Notes under the pieces: model-generated
Seen by the model: the letters and a program-made list of their open reading frames with translations, nothing else
Database searches by the model: none
Told to the model about the DNA's origin: nothing
From: Amoebophrya sp. A120
Taxonomy: Eukaryota > Protista > Dinoflagellata
Length of the DNA stretch: 64,000 bases
Assembly (NCBI GenBank): GCA_905178155.1
Contig: CAJINV010000002.1
Location: forward strand, 10,272,146-10,336,145
Direction of reading: 5' to 3'
Position numbers and translations under genes: made by a program
Shown: piece by piece, positions 11,554 through 25,055 of the stretch
Layout: every line of letters begins with the position of its first letter
Numbering within the stretch: the first letter of the stretch is position 1

Positions 11554-14500
11554 TATAAGCGTTGTAGCGTTTTATCTTTTATCTTCCGGAATGCAAGAAC
11601 TTTTAAGAAACTACACTCCGGCCGCAGTTGTTTCGAACGAAATTAGATTTTGAAAGCAGGGGTGCCACGTGCGGGTTTCCTTCCCTGCGAAAATATTTTC
11701 GTAAAGAGTGCAGCGTCGTCAAATTTCTTGCATGATCTGGTGTGAACCTAGCCGTAATCAGGATAAAAACAAAAGCGGGTTTACATGGAAGGACGATAAG
11801 AACGACTTGCGGTGAAGAGCAGTAGACTCATAAACGAGAACGACTAAAAAATATTATTCGAAATGAGGACCATGTTGCAGCACGAAAGGCAAAGCACGAT
11901 AAAAGATGAATTGTACGCATTTCCGTCACAAAAACGAACACGATTACCACGAGCGTGATTCCTTTGGTGAAATCGAAACCGTAAAATCGGACGAGTCGTT
12001 ACTTTCTTAGACAGGTAACGACAGACATAGCTCCTGCGCACGAGAACACCAAAGGAGTGGCCCACTCTAGTACAGCAATGTAGCAACCGGTAGCAGCTCC
12101 TACATCCTTAGACCAAGCTTTCCATCGTTTTTAGATTTTTTTATTTTTACAGGAGGGTCTTCAAAGAAAATTGTGCACGAAATAATGTACTGCGATTGTT
12201 CAATTTCTGTCATCATCTTGACTTCAAGGCCCAAAGATCTTAGCATCATCCAAGATTCGGCAACCGCTGCCGAATCGCATACCATTCTTGTTTTTGATTT
12301 TGTTTTTTTATCCTTTATTTCATTAAATTGAAATTGTTCAAGCCCAGAGGAGAAACCCCTACTCAGCGTAGACCGTCGGCAACAACGCCCAATCCCAATT
12401 AAACGAAGCGTGCCTGAGACTGATAAGGATCTTGCTAAGTTCGTTGTAAAAGTCTCCTACAATCATATAATTGGAGCTATTGTATCATGCACGACTGAAG
12501 ATTTCCCGGTCAAGATTCTTTTTCTTCCCAACGTACTTACTTGCAATCGATCCTCGTTTCACTTTTTCCTCCCTTTGTGTTAAATTCTGAAGCTGCTTCA
12601 GCTTCTTTTTTTTGATTTGATATCTCACAGAGCCTCAATGGACTGCTCCGCAATGTGAGTTGAAATCCGGGTAGAAAAAGGGCTACGCTGGAAAGTTGCT
12701 TTCTGTTGGAATTATTTCTTTGGGCAGCTACGTCGCAGACATCGTCCATGCTCGCAATTCTATAAAGGCGAAACAACTGGGGTAAAGAGATTCTTAGTAA
12801 ATGGGGTGAAGGTGGTGCGAAAAAGGTATATGGTTCTCGGTCGAATAAATGTGTATGTTGTTCACCTTTTTGTGTTTCTTTGAAGAGAGCACAGGCTTTG
12901 CAAGAATCGACGGACTCCAGGGACATTGGTACTAGAAGTGAGTAGTTGCTTCAACATGTGGAAGACAACCGCTCACTTATTTGAAAGCACCGAGTCATCG
13001 GCGAGGTAAATTCCGGTTTTATAGTCCGTGTGCTCACTCGAAGGTTTCCGTTTCCCTTTCTTTGTGTTGCATAAAACGACTTATGCGCTTCGTATCTTAT
13101 TCCCATAGCTTATGATTCTACAGTGGCGTTGCAATTTCTTACCCAAAATCATATTTTACAGGCAAACAAACGTAGACGCTACACTTTCCTCTAGAGATCG
13201 TTGTTCTATTTTCGCTACAGGCCACGACAACTTGAATTCCCTGCTGCTATACCGCAGCACTGTCGAGTTGTGGAGTCTTTCACTATCATCTTGAAAAATT
13301 GTCCACGACAATGAGGAATTTCCACGACAATGAGGAATTGACCGGTCATCTGAAGAAAATCTGAGTACTTCTGTGCTAAAAATAGCCTCTTCTTGCCCAT
13401 TGACGTCCTGCTTAACCACGGCTATTATCGTAAAGTACCTTTTCTCCGGCGTGGAAAGGCTACCACGCACAGGCTTTTTATTCGAAAATAACGTTTGTAG
13501 CGAGAGGGCGAATTCTCAAATCGAAATCAGAATCGATCTGAAAATAACCATGCAACGCTTCGATCTCTTACAACTGGAGCGCGATCGTACGGACGACCTA
13601 TGCACCCTAGACCGCACTTCCAGTTTTTACCTTTAGCAGCTTAAGCGCATACCAAATCTTTATACAAATAAAGTCGTTCTGGTTCTTCTGCCTTGACGGA
13701 TTTTTCATAATACTTGTGATCCCGCGTCTGCGCGACCTAAACCTAAAAACCGTCACCAGGGTCAAGGTGGTCAACAGTAAATTTTGTACCGTGATCACCT
13801 TCATTTATTCTTCCCTCTTTCCCTTCATCCATTGCTGCAAGTACTTACCCTTCAACAGGTCTGCCTGGAGCTCGAGCTCCCGCAGCCCAGAGCAGTATGC
13901 ACATGCAGCTGCGTCGAGGTCTGCTTTGATTTGGTTCGATGAAAGAGAGTGAGAGAAAAAAAATGCCAGTGCCGTCTGTAACTGGATGAAGGCAATGCAG
14001 ACGTCAAGGCAGAGCTGAAAAAACATCATAGAGCACTTTAACAACAAAAAACTACTGACGAAATTCTGTTTGTCAAAGGATACTGATACGTAGAGATAAA
14101 GAACAAACTTCAATACTAAAAACTTTGGATAAGTAGAATGAAAAAGATTAGGACCAAACTTTGTGGAGGTTTTTGCCTTACGTTGTAGTTGTACCAGTCC
14201 GAATCTTTGATGGACGAGGAAAAAAAAAAAGATAAAAAGACTTCGAAGATCAATCCTTTCGTGTTAGCGCACTTCCAACAGCGGCGCCCCTGGCCGCAAG
14301 ATAATCTACATAAAAACAAGAATTGGCTTTAACAGTCAACGCACGTACAAAAGTGAAGATTGATCATTTTCAGAAGCAAAACCGGTCACATCAGATCACC
14401 TTGGCACGCGGCTACTGCTATAAAAAAAACGATCTCCGCTGTAATGAAGTCTACCTCGAATAGGACACTTTTCATCTTCTTCTCGCTACACCTTCACTGT

Positions 14501-14570
14501 CTTACCCACAGCACTCAAACTGCTTGCGCTTCGACGAAGAAGTACCTCCACGACTGCTCTACTGAGTAAC

Positions 14571-17500
14571 TCATTCCATCCTGTGTGTGGGGCTGGGTGT
14601 CGCCGAGCCGTGGGCCGACATAGAAGCGTTGTGTAGAGCCAGAGCGTTGGCGAGCTGCTGGGCGTAGACCGACTTGTACTGCCCTCCACCGTCCGCAGCC
14701 TGCGGTCCGCCAAGTCCGTACAGATCGAAGCCGGAAGCAGAGCTGTGGGCGCCCGGGGCGAACTGTGCCGCATTCGCGTTCAGCGTGCTGCTGTTCCCAC
14801 CTGGGGCCAGACCACCAGCACCGCCCGCCGCGCTCTGCGCCGCGGCGAGGGCGTGGAGCTGGGAGGTGAGGGAACCCGGCATCGCGTTCAACGAAGTCAA
14901 AGAATTCACGGAAGGGCTGTGTGTGTTCGAAGGTGGTGGTACACCTCCTACAAGACTGCTCGGGTGTTGACCACTGGGCGCCGCGCCGGCCCCATAGATA
15001 TTATGGTGCGGCTGGTGTTGGTGGTGCTGTTCCATCAGTTTGTTGCTCAGCAGCGCGCTCGCCAACGCGTTGCTGGCCGCGAGGGTGCTCTGCGTCGCCG
15101 CCGTGCCGGTTAACAGGTTGTTCGTGGCTGCAAACGGAAGGTTCGGTGCCGCGCCGAACTGTTGCTGCTGCTGCACACGGGCGGCAGCCGCGAAGGCCGA
15201 CTTTTGCTGCGGGTCCATCGCTGCAGCGATTAACGCGGGGTTCAGGCCCGCTTGAGACGCGGCGGCGCTCGCGAGCGCAAACTGCGTCAGCAGGTCGTTC
15301 GACGGGAGGGTGCCCGTGGGCGCCCCATACGGGAGGTTCCCGGGAGCCAACGGCGGCAACAAGTTCGTGTTCGGCGGGAGGCCCGCGGACAGGGCCGCCT
15401 GCTCCAGCGCGGCCTGGAACCCGGAGGGGTCGAGATAGCTAGCCGGAGGTGCTCGCGGGTCCACGGCTGCGCCCGGACCGCCCGGCGCTGCGCCAAAGCC
15501 GTTTTGGTGGTTCTGCGCGGCAGCGGCTCCGATCGCGTGCTGCTGCAGATTGAAGCTTCCGTAGTTTGCCGCGGCCGCAGCAGCGGCGTTGGAACTGGAA
15601 CCGTTCCAGTTGCCGTTCTTCCCTCCGCCAGCCTTGCTCGCAGCTCCTGCGTTGTTGCTCCAGGATCCTTTTTTGGACTGATACTGTTGGGCAGCCCCAC
15701 TGCCATGCTTGCCTCCGTACATCGAATTGCCTCCCGCAGCGGATGTTCCCGGGAAGAGCGTCGACGTGGTGTTTGCGGACCCTTTGCCGCCACTCTTGTC
15801 TGCCGTGGCTCCGGACGACCCACCTTTGCCGTAGCTCTTGTAGTACGAGTTGGAAGTTGCCGACCCGGCCCAGCTAGTGCGCGGTTGTGGTTGTCCGGCA
15901 CTGGTACTATTATTACCCTTGTGCGGCTGTCCGGCGCCCTTCGGCGGATTGTATTGGTGGTACGGGTTGCTGCTGGTGCCGCGGTTGATGCTCTTTCCAA
16001 CGACCGGCGCTGTGCCCTGATTGGACGTCGCTCCCACTTGCGACAGCGCTCCACCGGTGCCGCTGTGACTTTCGTCTTCGCCCGTAGCTCCCGACTGGTG
16101 GCTCGTGGGAGAGAAATTTGTAGCGCCGGCGGTCGTGGTGGTGCTGTTATGGCTTCGCGCGTGGTGGTTGTTTTTGCTCATGTTCTGCTCGACCGCTTCG
16201 CTCACCGTCATTCCGGCCTCCGTTTGTTCCACTTGTTCACGATTCGTTTCCATAGGCAAAGATTCTCCCCCGCCGGATATGTTCGTGTTTCCCCGCCCAC
16301 GCTGCGTTTCGTCGCCTCCGTCTGTGGAGGCGGCGGACCCAGCCGCTGCATTGATCCGGTTTGATGTGCCGGTGTGATTTCGGACCCGGCCCTTGTTGTC
16401 CTCGATAAATTTGTCGACCAAACACGGCGTCATGTACCCCTGTTCCTTCAGCGCGAAGACAATGTGGCGGCCGAAATTGGACTTCTCGATGGTCGGCAGA
16501 TATCGCAGCAGCCGCCGCATCAAATTGCCGCACGGCTCCTCGGGTAAGGTGTTCAGCAACTTTTGCACGATGTAGTTCCCGAAGGGATCCGTGGTGATGT
16601 CCACCAGTTTGTCCGACTCCTGCAGCGCTTTGGCCACAGCAATGACAAACTCCGCGTTCGTTTTGTCCCCTGCGTTCACCAGCGTCGCCTTGGCCGCGTC
16701 GTCGATCAACTTCTCGAGAATGTTGGACGCAAACTTGTGCCCGCAGAACTCGACGATGTTGTCCAGCGCCAACTGCCGCAAATCCTGCAGCGAGCTGGAC
16801 TCCACGAAGGACACGTAGTACTGCAAAACGTAGTTCCCGTACTTGTGGTAGGACAGCTTCAACACCTGCTCCCCGATCTTCTTCATCATCAGCTTGCTGC
16901 TCCGGCCCTGCAGCTCGACGAGGCGCTGCAAGACCCGGCACCCGTACACGTGCGTCGCGATCTCCACCACGTGGTCCTCGAAAACCGGCTCGAACACCCA
17001 GGTCGCCTTGGTGCTGGAGAAACACCGCTGCACGACGTGGTTCGCGTTCTGGTCCAGCGCGAGCTTGTAGCTGAAGTTCGCCAGGCGCTCGCCGCACTTC
17101 ACGATGTCCTCCTCCTCCGGCGTGCACTGCAGGAACTTCTGCAGCACCCGGCAGGAGTAGGTGCCGCGGGCCAGCCGCACGATCACGTCCTCCAGAGACT
17201 CCTTCGCCAGGGCTTTCGACTTCTCCTCGGAGGCCGCGGTGTTCAGGCTGCCCTCCTGTTGGTGCAGCATCAACTTGTTGGCGTCGTGGCCCTTGTTGCG
17301 GCTCATGCCTACGGGCTCCAGCAAACCCGAGCTGTTGGGCGCCTCGCCGTCCGGGCCCCACATGTCCGCGGTGGTCGCGGAAAAGATGAAGTCCCCCAAC
17401 TCGCGCCGCTCGTTGGCGTCCGCGGTCTCGATCAACTTTTGACACACGTAATTCCCGCACACGTCGCACGACAGGTACAGAAAATGCTTGATCAACGGCT

Positions 17501-20500
17501 TCACAATCATCGACCGCTGCTGCCGCCCCAGCATGTCGCTGGAAGACGTCCACGCGAGCAGGTCCATCACTTGCTGCGACAGTTCGCTGTAATTGTGATT
17601 TTTTTTCGTTTTTTAAATACTTGCATGGGATAAAAGCGATGCACCGCTAAAGAACTCTCTGCACTTGCTAGTAGAGAGCTAGTATCTCTATCTTCTATCA
17701 TGATGATGCAAAAAATACGTCTGCTCGCAGCTGCTTGTTAGGGTATTATACACCATTCAAGGTTAACATGAATTTGAATTTGCTCTACTTTTATAGAATC
17801 TTCTAGCAGCAAGTTGTAGATTCAAAATCCTATACCCTTTCCTCGCCATTTGCGGCAGCATGGCGACTCCGTGGTCCTGGACGTGAATCCAGCCGACCGG
17901 GGGCTTCCCGTGCCACGGCAGCATCTGGTGCAGCTCGTTGGCCGGAACGACCTTTCCGTCCTTGATCATGGTGGCCGTGTTGTTGAAGAAGGAGGAGATT
18001 TTTCCCAAATCGTTGCCGTTGGTCATCTTCGAGAAGCTGGCCTGCGTAATCCCGTCCACCGTCTTCGGGTTCTGCGACAGGGTCGTCCCGCAGCCCGCCT
18101 GCTGGTGCTGCGGCGCGCTGCCCTTTGCGATACTGCCGGTGGTGCCGTTCGCACCGCGGGACGCGGAGGTGTTTGCCGTGTTCTGGAAGAAGGCAGCGTT
18201 CCCGCCCTTCACATTGTACTGGAACATGGACTTGTTGTGCCGGGTTTGTCCCTGGTGCTTCCCGCCCCAGTTGTACTTGCTGTAGGGGTTCCCCTTGGAA
18301 CTTTGCTGGTGGTGCAACTGTGCCTGCGTGTAGTAGGGGTTGGAACTACCCTTCACGCTGTCCGTCCCGCTAGACGGCTGGCCGTTCACGCCCAAGCCGA
18401 GCCCCGTGTAGGCGTTGTCGATCGCGTTGGAGTCCATCACATTCATCTTGTCCTGCTTCTCGACCTGCATGCGCCCGCCCTGCGTATCCGCCGGTCGGCA
18501 AAGGTCGTACCTGGAAAGTAGAATTAGAAAGGTGGATTTGATAGTGTTCATTTTTCCGAATCACGCACTCCTGTTGTCAAACTAGAACAGAAACGAAATG
18601 TCAATCTCCGCATACTCATTTGCACAACAAATCGATCATGCGGCAAATGAACCTCGCTAAAAAGGAGCTACAAGAACTACAACGCTTATGGGTCATGATG
18701 CACAAGCACAACTCCTCGAAAGCGTATTACCTGCGTGGCTTGTCCTTGTCACCCTCGGCTTCCTTTTTGGCGGACGAAGTCGAACTTTGTGGTTCCGCGG
18801 CTGAAGGACTGGTGTTCGCGGACGTTGCCGAGGAGGTGCGTACGGGTTTTACATTCTTGTCCTCTTCCACGGCCTCCGCGGAGGGCTCAGCGGCAGCTGG
18901 AGAACCAGCAGTCGTCCCAGATCCATCCTTCGCTTCCTCAGCGCCACCTTCCGCCGCATTCTCTTCTCCCACAGGAGTTGGCTCGCTGTATGACGCCGCA
19001 CTGTGCGGGTCCTGCAGCGGCGGCCGGGGCTCCGGATGGGAAAACGGGGGCTGGGCGGCGTTTGCTGCCGCTACCGCGGCAGCGGCCGCCTGAGTTGCCG
19101 CGGCACCCGCCCCGGCGCCGACCAAGGCGGTGTACGCGTTCTGCACGGCAAAGTGGTGCTCCAGCTCCTGCGCGGTCGCCTGTGCCGCGGCGGTCACCTG
19201 CAGCTGCTCCAGCAACTGTTGCTGCTGCGCAGCGGCCGCGGCCTGAGCGGCCACCAGCGTGGACGCGGCCGCGGCATGGATGGTCTGTTGCAGCAGGTCG
19301 TCCGCGGATTTCCCACTGCCGTAGTACTCCGCAGCCGCCGGATTCAACGACGTGGCGGACGAGGAGGCCGAGGAGGAGGGGATCGCGTGGTCCAGGTGGT
19401 CCGTCCCCGCGCCGGTCTGGGAAAACGCTGTGGCCGCAAAGGGAACGTACGCCGCGTCCAGGGCCGCTGCACCCGCCGCGGCATCCACGGACGTGGCGGA
19501 TTCCAGCATGTGATGCGCGGCCGAGCCAACTCCGGAATTCGTGCGCGACAGCGACGCCATCGCCTCCTGGTGCTGCGCCGAGGCGGCAGCCGCAGTCATC
19601 AGGTACTGCTGCATCAGGTCGTACTGCCCAACCTCCTCGTGCGCGGTCACGTGCGAACTCGCCACGCTGACGCGACTCCCCAGGTGCTGCTGCTCGTAGT
19701 GGTTGTGCCCAGCAGCGTGATGCTGCTGCGCGGCCGCGGCGGCGGCGGCGAAGTAGGCAGCGTTCTGTTCGTGCAGGGGGGAGGCCATCAACCCGGTCCC
19801 AGCCGGCTGCTCCCCGGAGCCCGGCACCAGCGGGTCGTTACCGGTCGTGGCGGTCCGCGAGATCCCGTTGGTAGTTGTTCCGTAGTCCGTCGAGGCGCGA
19901 CCGGCGGCTTGCTTTAGATCCACGACGCTACCGGTAGCGGTGCTCATACCGAGGGGCGCGGTGCCCAGACTGCAGACCGCCTCCTCGGTGAGGGTACACA
20001 ACCCCCGGTCGTCGGTCGCCCCGCCACTGTAGTTTTGCGCGGCGAGCGACTGCTCCAGTGTTATGGATTGCAAAAATGTCTGGGTCTGGAAGATTGCAAC
20101 TTGTGATGCTGAATCCGAATCATGCAAAAATCTGTGTTGCATAAGTGCCAAAAGCTATCCCCTTTCGATCAAGTTGGGAGGGAGATTCTCATGCAGGAGA
20201 GGCATGGCAGAGACCTCACAGACTCTGTCATGCTAGGTCCTGCATTCCAGACCTCATGGGGCATGGAAAATATGCATGACAAATCTGCATTTTCCAGACC
20301 CAGACATTTTTGCATTTGATAAGTGTCGTGGCAGACCCAGTCAGCGAGAACTCGCCCCCGTAGTTGGCGTACACGCTCGACCGCCGCGGGTCGTTAAACA
20401 CGGGCAAGGACGCCGGAGAGTCCACGGAGCTCACGCCCGACATCTGCCGGCTCATCGGATGAAACCGGGTGGAGACCGAGCGACTGAAGTGCTTCGGCTT

Positions 20501-21981
20501 GGCAGAAGTACTCGTAGTTTGTTCCACCGCCTTTGTAGTTGCACTAGTAGTGCCAGCTGCTGTTGTCGCACCAGCACTGGTCGTGTTCTTGCCCGGAACT
20601 ACTACTGCAGCCGCAGGGGCTCCTGCTGTGGCGGCAGGAGAGGGGGTAGCAGCAGCCAAGGTGACGTCCTCGTTGCTTTGTTCAAGAACGCCATGATCTT
20701 TCGAAGTGCTCGCGTTGGTCTCCGGAGCGGAAATCGTGCGCGCAGCGGGTTCGTCCGCAGTTTCATCTTTTTCCCCTACGTAATCCAGCTCCGCCGTGCG
20801 GCTCTGCTGGATGGTGGTCTTGATGCGGTTTGCCGCAAACGTCGCGGTGACTTTCTTCTCATCCGCCTGCTGCTCGTTCTCTTGCATCGCAGGGGCCAGA
20901 ACCAGCTCCGGGTGATCACCGCTTTCTATTGTGGTCTGCTCCTCGAGTTCTTTACTTTGCGGAGCAGAAGCGGCAGCGCTTTCTCCGGGAAGATGTTGAA
21001 TCGACGTCGAGGTCTGCTCTGCGGTAGTTGTACTTGGAATGCAAGATGTTGAACCACCACGGCCACCTCGTCCCGCATCACTTGCACAAGTGCTGCGGGA
21101 TCTCTCCTCCGTTGATGTCATAGGAGAAGCAACCGCCGCGACGTTTATCCTGAGTAAAAACGTCCCCACACCAGAGTTGTCATGCAGATTTGCAATGACA
21201 GGAACATTTGTAATGCGCATCGCCAGGAGAGGCATTTTTAGTCGTGTTTTGGAATTTGTAATGCTGTAAACAGGATGAGTAGATGGATTTCTGATGCAGC
21301 TGGCCTTGCGAACCTGCACTACACTACGGACTGCAACTACTTGTGATGCGTGACCCCCAAAAGTTCTAGGTTTGTGTTGCAAAATCCCCATCTTGACTCT
21401 GGTGTGGGGATGTTTTTACTCAGGATAACGTTGGTCATTTCGTTGTTCAGCTGGCTGCTGTTCTGCAGCAGGCCAAAGGGGCTCGAGGGAGTGATCGTGG
21501 ACCCGGACTTGTTTTCGATCCCCGTCGACGCGGTGGTGGGGCAGTCATCACTGGTGAAGAACTTTTTCGACGGCGGTGGCGTATCGGAGGTTGGCGAGGA
21601 GGTTTTGTGCAGGACAAAACTCTCCGCCGAATTGGAGGAGGTGAGCGTCTTCAGCGTGGAGATAGAAGAATCCGTGTTGCACTTGGAATGCACCTCCAGA
21701 GGCACGGCCGTGCTCGCCTCCAGGGAATCCTCGCACCCACTGCCAGCAGTTGCCAACGCCTTACTATTTGGTGCTCTGCCGTTGAGGCTGCTGTCAGCTT
21801 GTTGCGACAGCATTTTGATCTTATCTGCTGCGTTATTCTCCATTTTGATATTGACGGTCGGCGACAGCTGCACCGGCTGGTAGGCTTCTGCCGTTTTTTT
21901 TGCGGTCGAATCTACTTGTTCCGCGAAAAGATTCTTGCTTTCCAGCAGTGCTTGTTCTACCACTGGTGTAGGAGATGACAT
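14571..21981 (-). CDS. Pumilio/PUF RNA-binding protein, 5 exons, ~2129 aa, with long low-complexity regions
   Basis: PUF repeats (CGNYVCQKL, YSCRVLQKF, NANHVVQRC, YGCRVLQRL, YGNYVLQYY, FASNILEKL, FGNYIVQKL). Exons 21428-21981, 20322-21140, 18731-20056, 17836-18510 and 14571-17586 sum to 6390 nt. They are separated by two introners and two phase-matched GT-AG introns (18511-18730, 17587-17835). Confidence 0.88.
20062..20321. mobile_element. Introner-like TIR element, family A1 (260 bp), TSD AGTGT
   Basis: AGTGT at 20057-20061 and 20322-20326. TIR TATGGATTGCAAAAATGTCTGGGTCTGGAA / TTCCAGACCCAGACATTTTTGCATTTGATA. Removal gives GSATT|LEQSL in frame. Confidence 0.95.
21146..21427. mobile_element. 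Introner-like TIR element, family B (282 bp), TSD ACGTT
   Basis: ACGTT at 21141-21145 and 21428-21432. 32-bp TIR TATCCTGAGTAAAAACGTCCCCACACCAGAGT with 1 mismatch. Removal gives NEMTNV|AAVASP. Homologous to 41875-42153. Confidence 0.95.
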
Positions 21982-24900
21982 ATTAATTCAGATTTTCCTA
22001 CGTGCGCGGCACAGGAAAACCTTTACTTCTCAATCAATATCGCAAGTTCTGTGTTGATCCTCTGCTACTTCTGTTGCAAAGACCTTTTGTTCAATGGGAC
22101 TTGGTGCTCACGATCTTTTCTTTTGCGTTATGTAGTTCTTTCCATAAGGCTAGCCAAGTAGCGTGATCCTCCTTCTCAGTGATTCAGATTTTAGTACTAG
22201 TACGTTGATTGTTCTCGTCGTTGGTACTATGTGGCAACGGGATGCCACGTTTATAGGCGAAAGGAGTTTTTGTAGATGTAGGTCAAGGAATTGTACACGG
22301 TTGTAGCTAGTGGTGTTTATAGAGAAAAATAATAAAAGGGAGCCACTCGATGAATTTTGACACGTCTCTTTACGTGCAGCTCGTCGGGTCCTAGTTTTCT
22401 AGCTTCGAGGGCTACGCGTGGTCAAGTTGGTTTATTCTCTTCGAAGAAAATAATCAGGGGAAAGTGGTAGTGCTAGTACTCCTGTCCGCCCCTCCTTCGT
22501 AGTTCTCTACGCAAAGAGAACTTTTGGTCGTGTTCTTCTGCGACACAGAGTCTATATTGTCCAGTATGTTTGTCACAGACTACTTATGAAGGTTGGTGTC
22601 ATTCGCTTCCTTCTTTCTTTCGCAAGTTGCGCACAGACACGAAGACCGCTTTTCAAACAATTAGTGTTCTCAGGTCTGCGGTTGAGTAAAATGCTGTAGG
22701 CGCTGGGAAATATTCTTTCCCAACTGTTGTATTTGAAGATCCTACAAGTGTACGAAACTAATTCCAAAAAAGGGCAGAAGTTCTTTGAAAAAACTGTTCT
22801 TTCTTGAGTCAAGGTTTGTGTTAACAAGCTATATCGCCTAGATAGCTCAGAGCCAGACAGAATTGATATTGAACCTGCTGGATAATAAAAAGACAAAAAG
22901 GCGCAGGCAATGAGATACAACTTGGTATCTATGGTTGACAAAAAAGTCGTTTCAATTTTTCAATTTCTCCAGTTGTGACTAGCTATAATCTTTTCTATGC
23001 AGCTGCCGCTACTAACGCGCGTACTCCGCTATGATGAATATGTCGGTGTTATTGTTCCTCTATTTTGCTTAGTACAAATTCTCCACGTGGTCGTCGAGGA
23101 TAAATACGTACTACTTCCTACAAGCACAACGCAGCGGCTTCAATCGACGAAAGTTTCGATTTACGATTCCTTCATGAAAGCTGCTGGTGTGGCAGATAGG
23201 GGTCGCGATATGGTACACTAATTATGCTAACGCTGCTTCTGAAGCGTGTGGAGGAATCAAAGTCTTTCTTGCAAACCTGCACCCCTGCGCCTCAGTTTGT
23301 CCAAATTGGAAATAAATAACCAGAAGATGCGTGCTTTGGCGTTGCAAAGAAAACTGTGACAGTTACTTAGCAGCCAGAAGTTGTACTATATCGCTCTATT
23401 GTAAAACCTCGCGGTCGCACTTTGATTATAAATCGTTTTCCTCCTTGATACATTTAACAACGGTTACAGTCGTTTTTTTCGTTCTCTTACGTTGTGCTTG
23501 GTTGTAAGGCTTGCGATGCCACTGCTCCGGGAATCCTGGAGGGAATTCAGTTGCCAACAAACAAAAAGACTCTACAGAACTACTGCTTCGTTTTTCAGAA
23601 GAATTGCTTCGCAGCACGGCCACAGTCTACTGACAATGCGTATCTTCGAGAAAGATCTGCGATAAGGATGAGTTCGGCTTTAAAGGGGTAAAAACTTATA
23701 CGTGGTAAAGAAAAATCCTTAGGCACGACTTCAGATTAAAATGGGGGTCAATTTTACAAATGAAAAATCACGGAACTGAGGGCATTGTAAATCTTCTGCA
23801 AAAAGAGTGTGAAAGACTTTGCCGCTAGGTGTTGTGTGGCGTTTTTATTTTTTTTTGTCAAAATCTACCTGTGTTCGCGTGTGTGTGTACTGAAGTGTGA
23901 CTCTACGACTATCTTTTGCGATGTCAGCTTGTCGTAAACTAGGGCAGTAACTCGATAGAAGAATCCAACACTAAGCTACAACACTTGTGTGCCGGTAGAT
24001 TTTTTGTTCGCGTTTTATTTTTTTACTACCATTCAGGGAAAGACTTCGGGAAAAAAAAATTTTGCGAATATTCGTGATGGTTTGACAGATTGTGGGATTA
24101 ATGATCATACAGAAATCTTACAATCGTACAAACGAGTAGTAAAATTCGAATCCTCGCAGATTTACATTGCGACGGTCTCGGTCACTGGCAACATTTGGAA
24201 AAGAAAATAAGAACGTAAAATTGCGACACAACCCTCAAGAAATGCCGTCAAGATCTTTTCTGGGCTCTGCGTTCCTCGCGGGACCTTAGAAGCCATATAT
24301 CATTGGCATTTGAAAAATCTTTACAGAACAACGAGCACACTTGGGATCATTTCAATTCTCTCCCGAAGCGGGGAATTCGCTGCGTGTCTGATCTCGCGGA
24401 CAATGAGTGCAAACATTTCATCTAGAGGAAGATCTCGATACGGGCATTTTTTGGCAACGCAAAAAGATCCTTAGCGTGATGCCTCATTTAGGGGCTGGTC
24501 AGGCTCTGATGTACAACGACTTCAGCGGAACTTTTGCAAAAATACGTACAAGTACTTGATGATCTTCCAGATCTCTGTATCGAATTTAAATTCTCGCAAT
24601 GACACTGAATTTTCTCATTCTTTAAGAAGCGGCTCGGCTCATGCTCTATTGTTTCAAGAAGCGTGCGTCTTTCTCATACATCGAAATTGGAGTTACTCAT
24701 ACAGAATCCACAAGCCAAGGTCTGTGTACGAGGTGGTGGTCAAATGGTGGAACACGAGTTTTTAGATTTTTTTTTCAGCTTCCTTTGTTATTTGACATCA
24801 TGATGGTGCTGATGACGTTCTTTTTCAGATTTTAGAGTAGACATAGTAGTCCTTCAACGTTTACTAGCTTTTTTGTTTCTTTACCAGCGCAGTTTTTCTC

Positions 24901-25055
24901 AGGTACAGGTTCAAAGTGGCTCTGTCAAGCTAGTTTTTTTCTCGAAGTACCGCTAGAAACACGAGAGAGATGACACAATCTTCCGCGCGTATCCGATGAA
25001 AGTTTGAGTTTCACAAATACACTAATAGCTTGTTGCTACAACTTGCCCTGGGGGA

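Noticed and set aside
12100-14320. Gene or decayed transposon in short minus-strand ORFs, including a 19-bp tandem duplication at 13302-13339
   Set aside because: No recognisable motif or consistent exon chain could be built.
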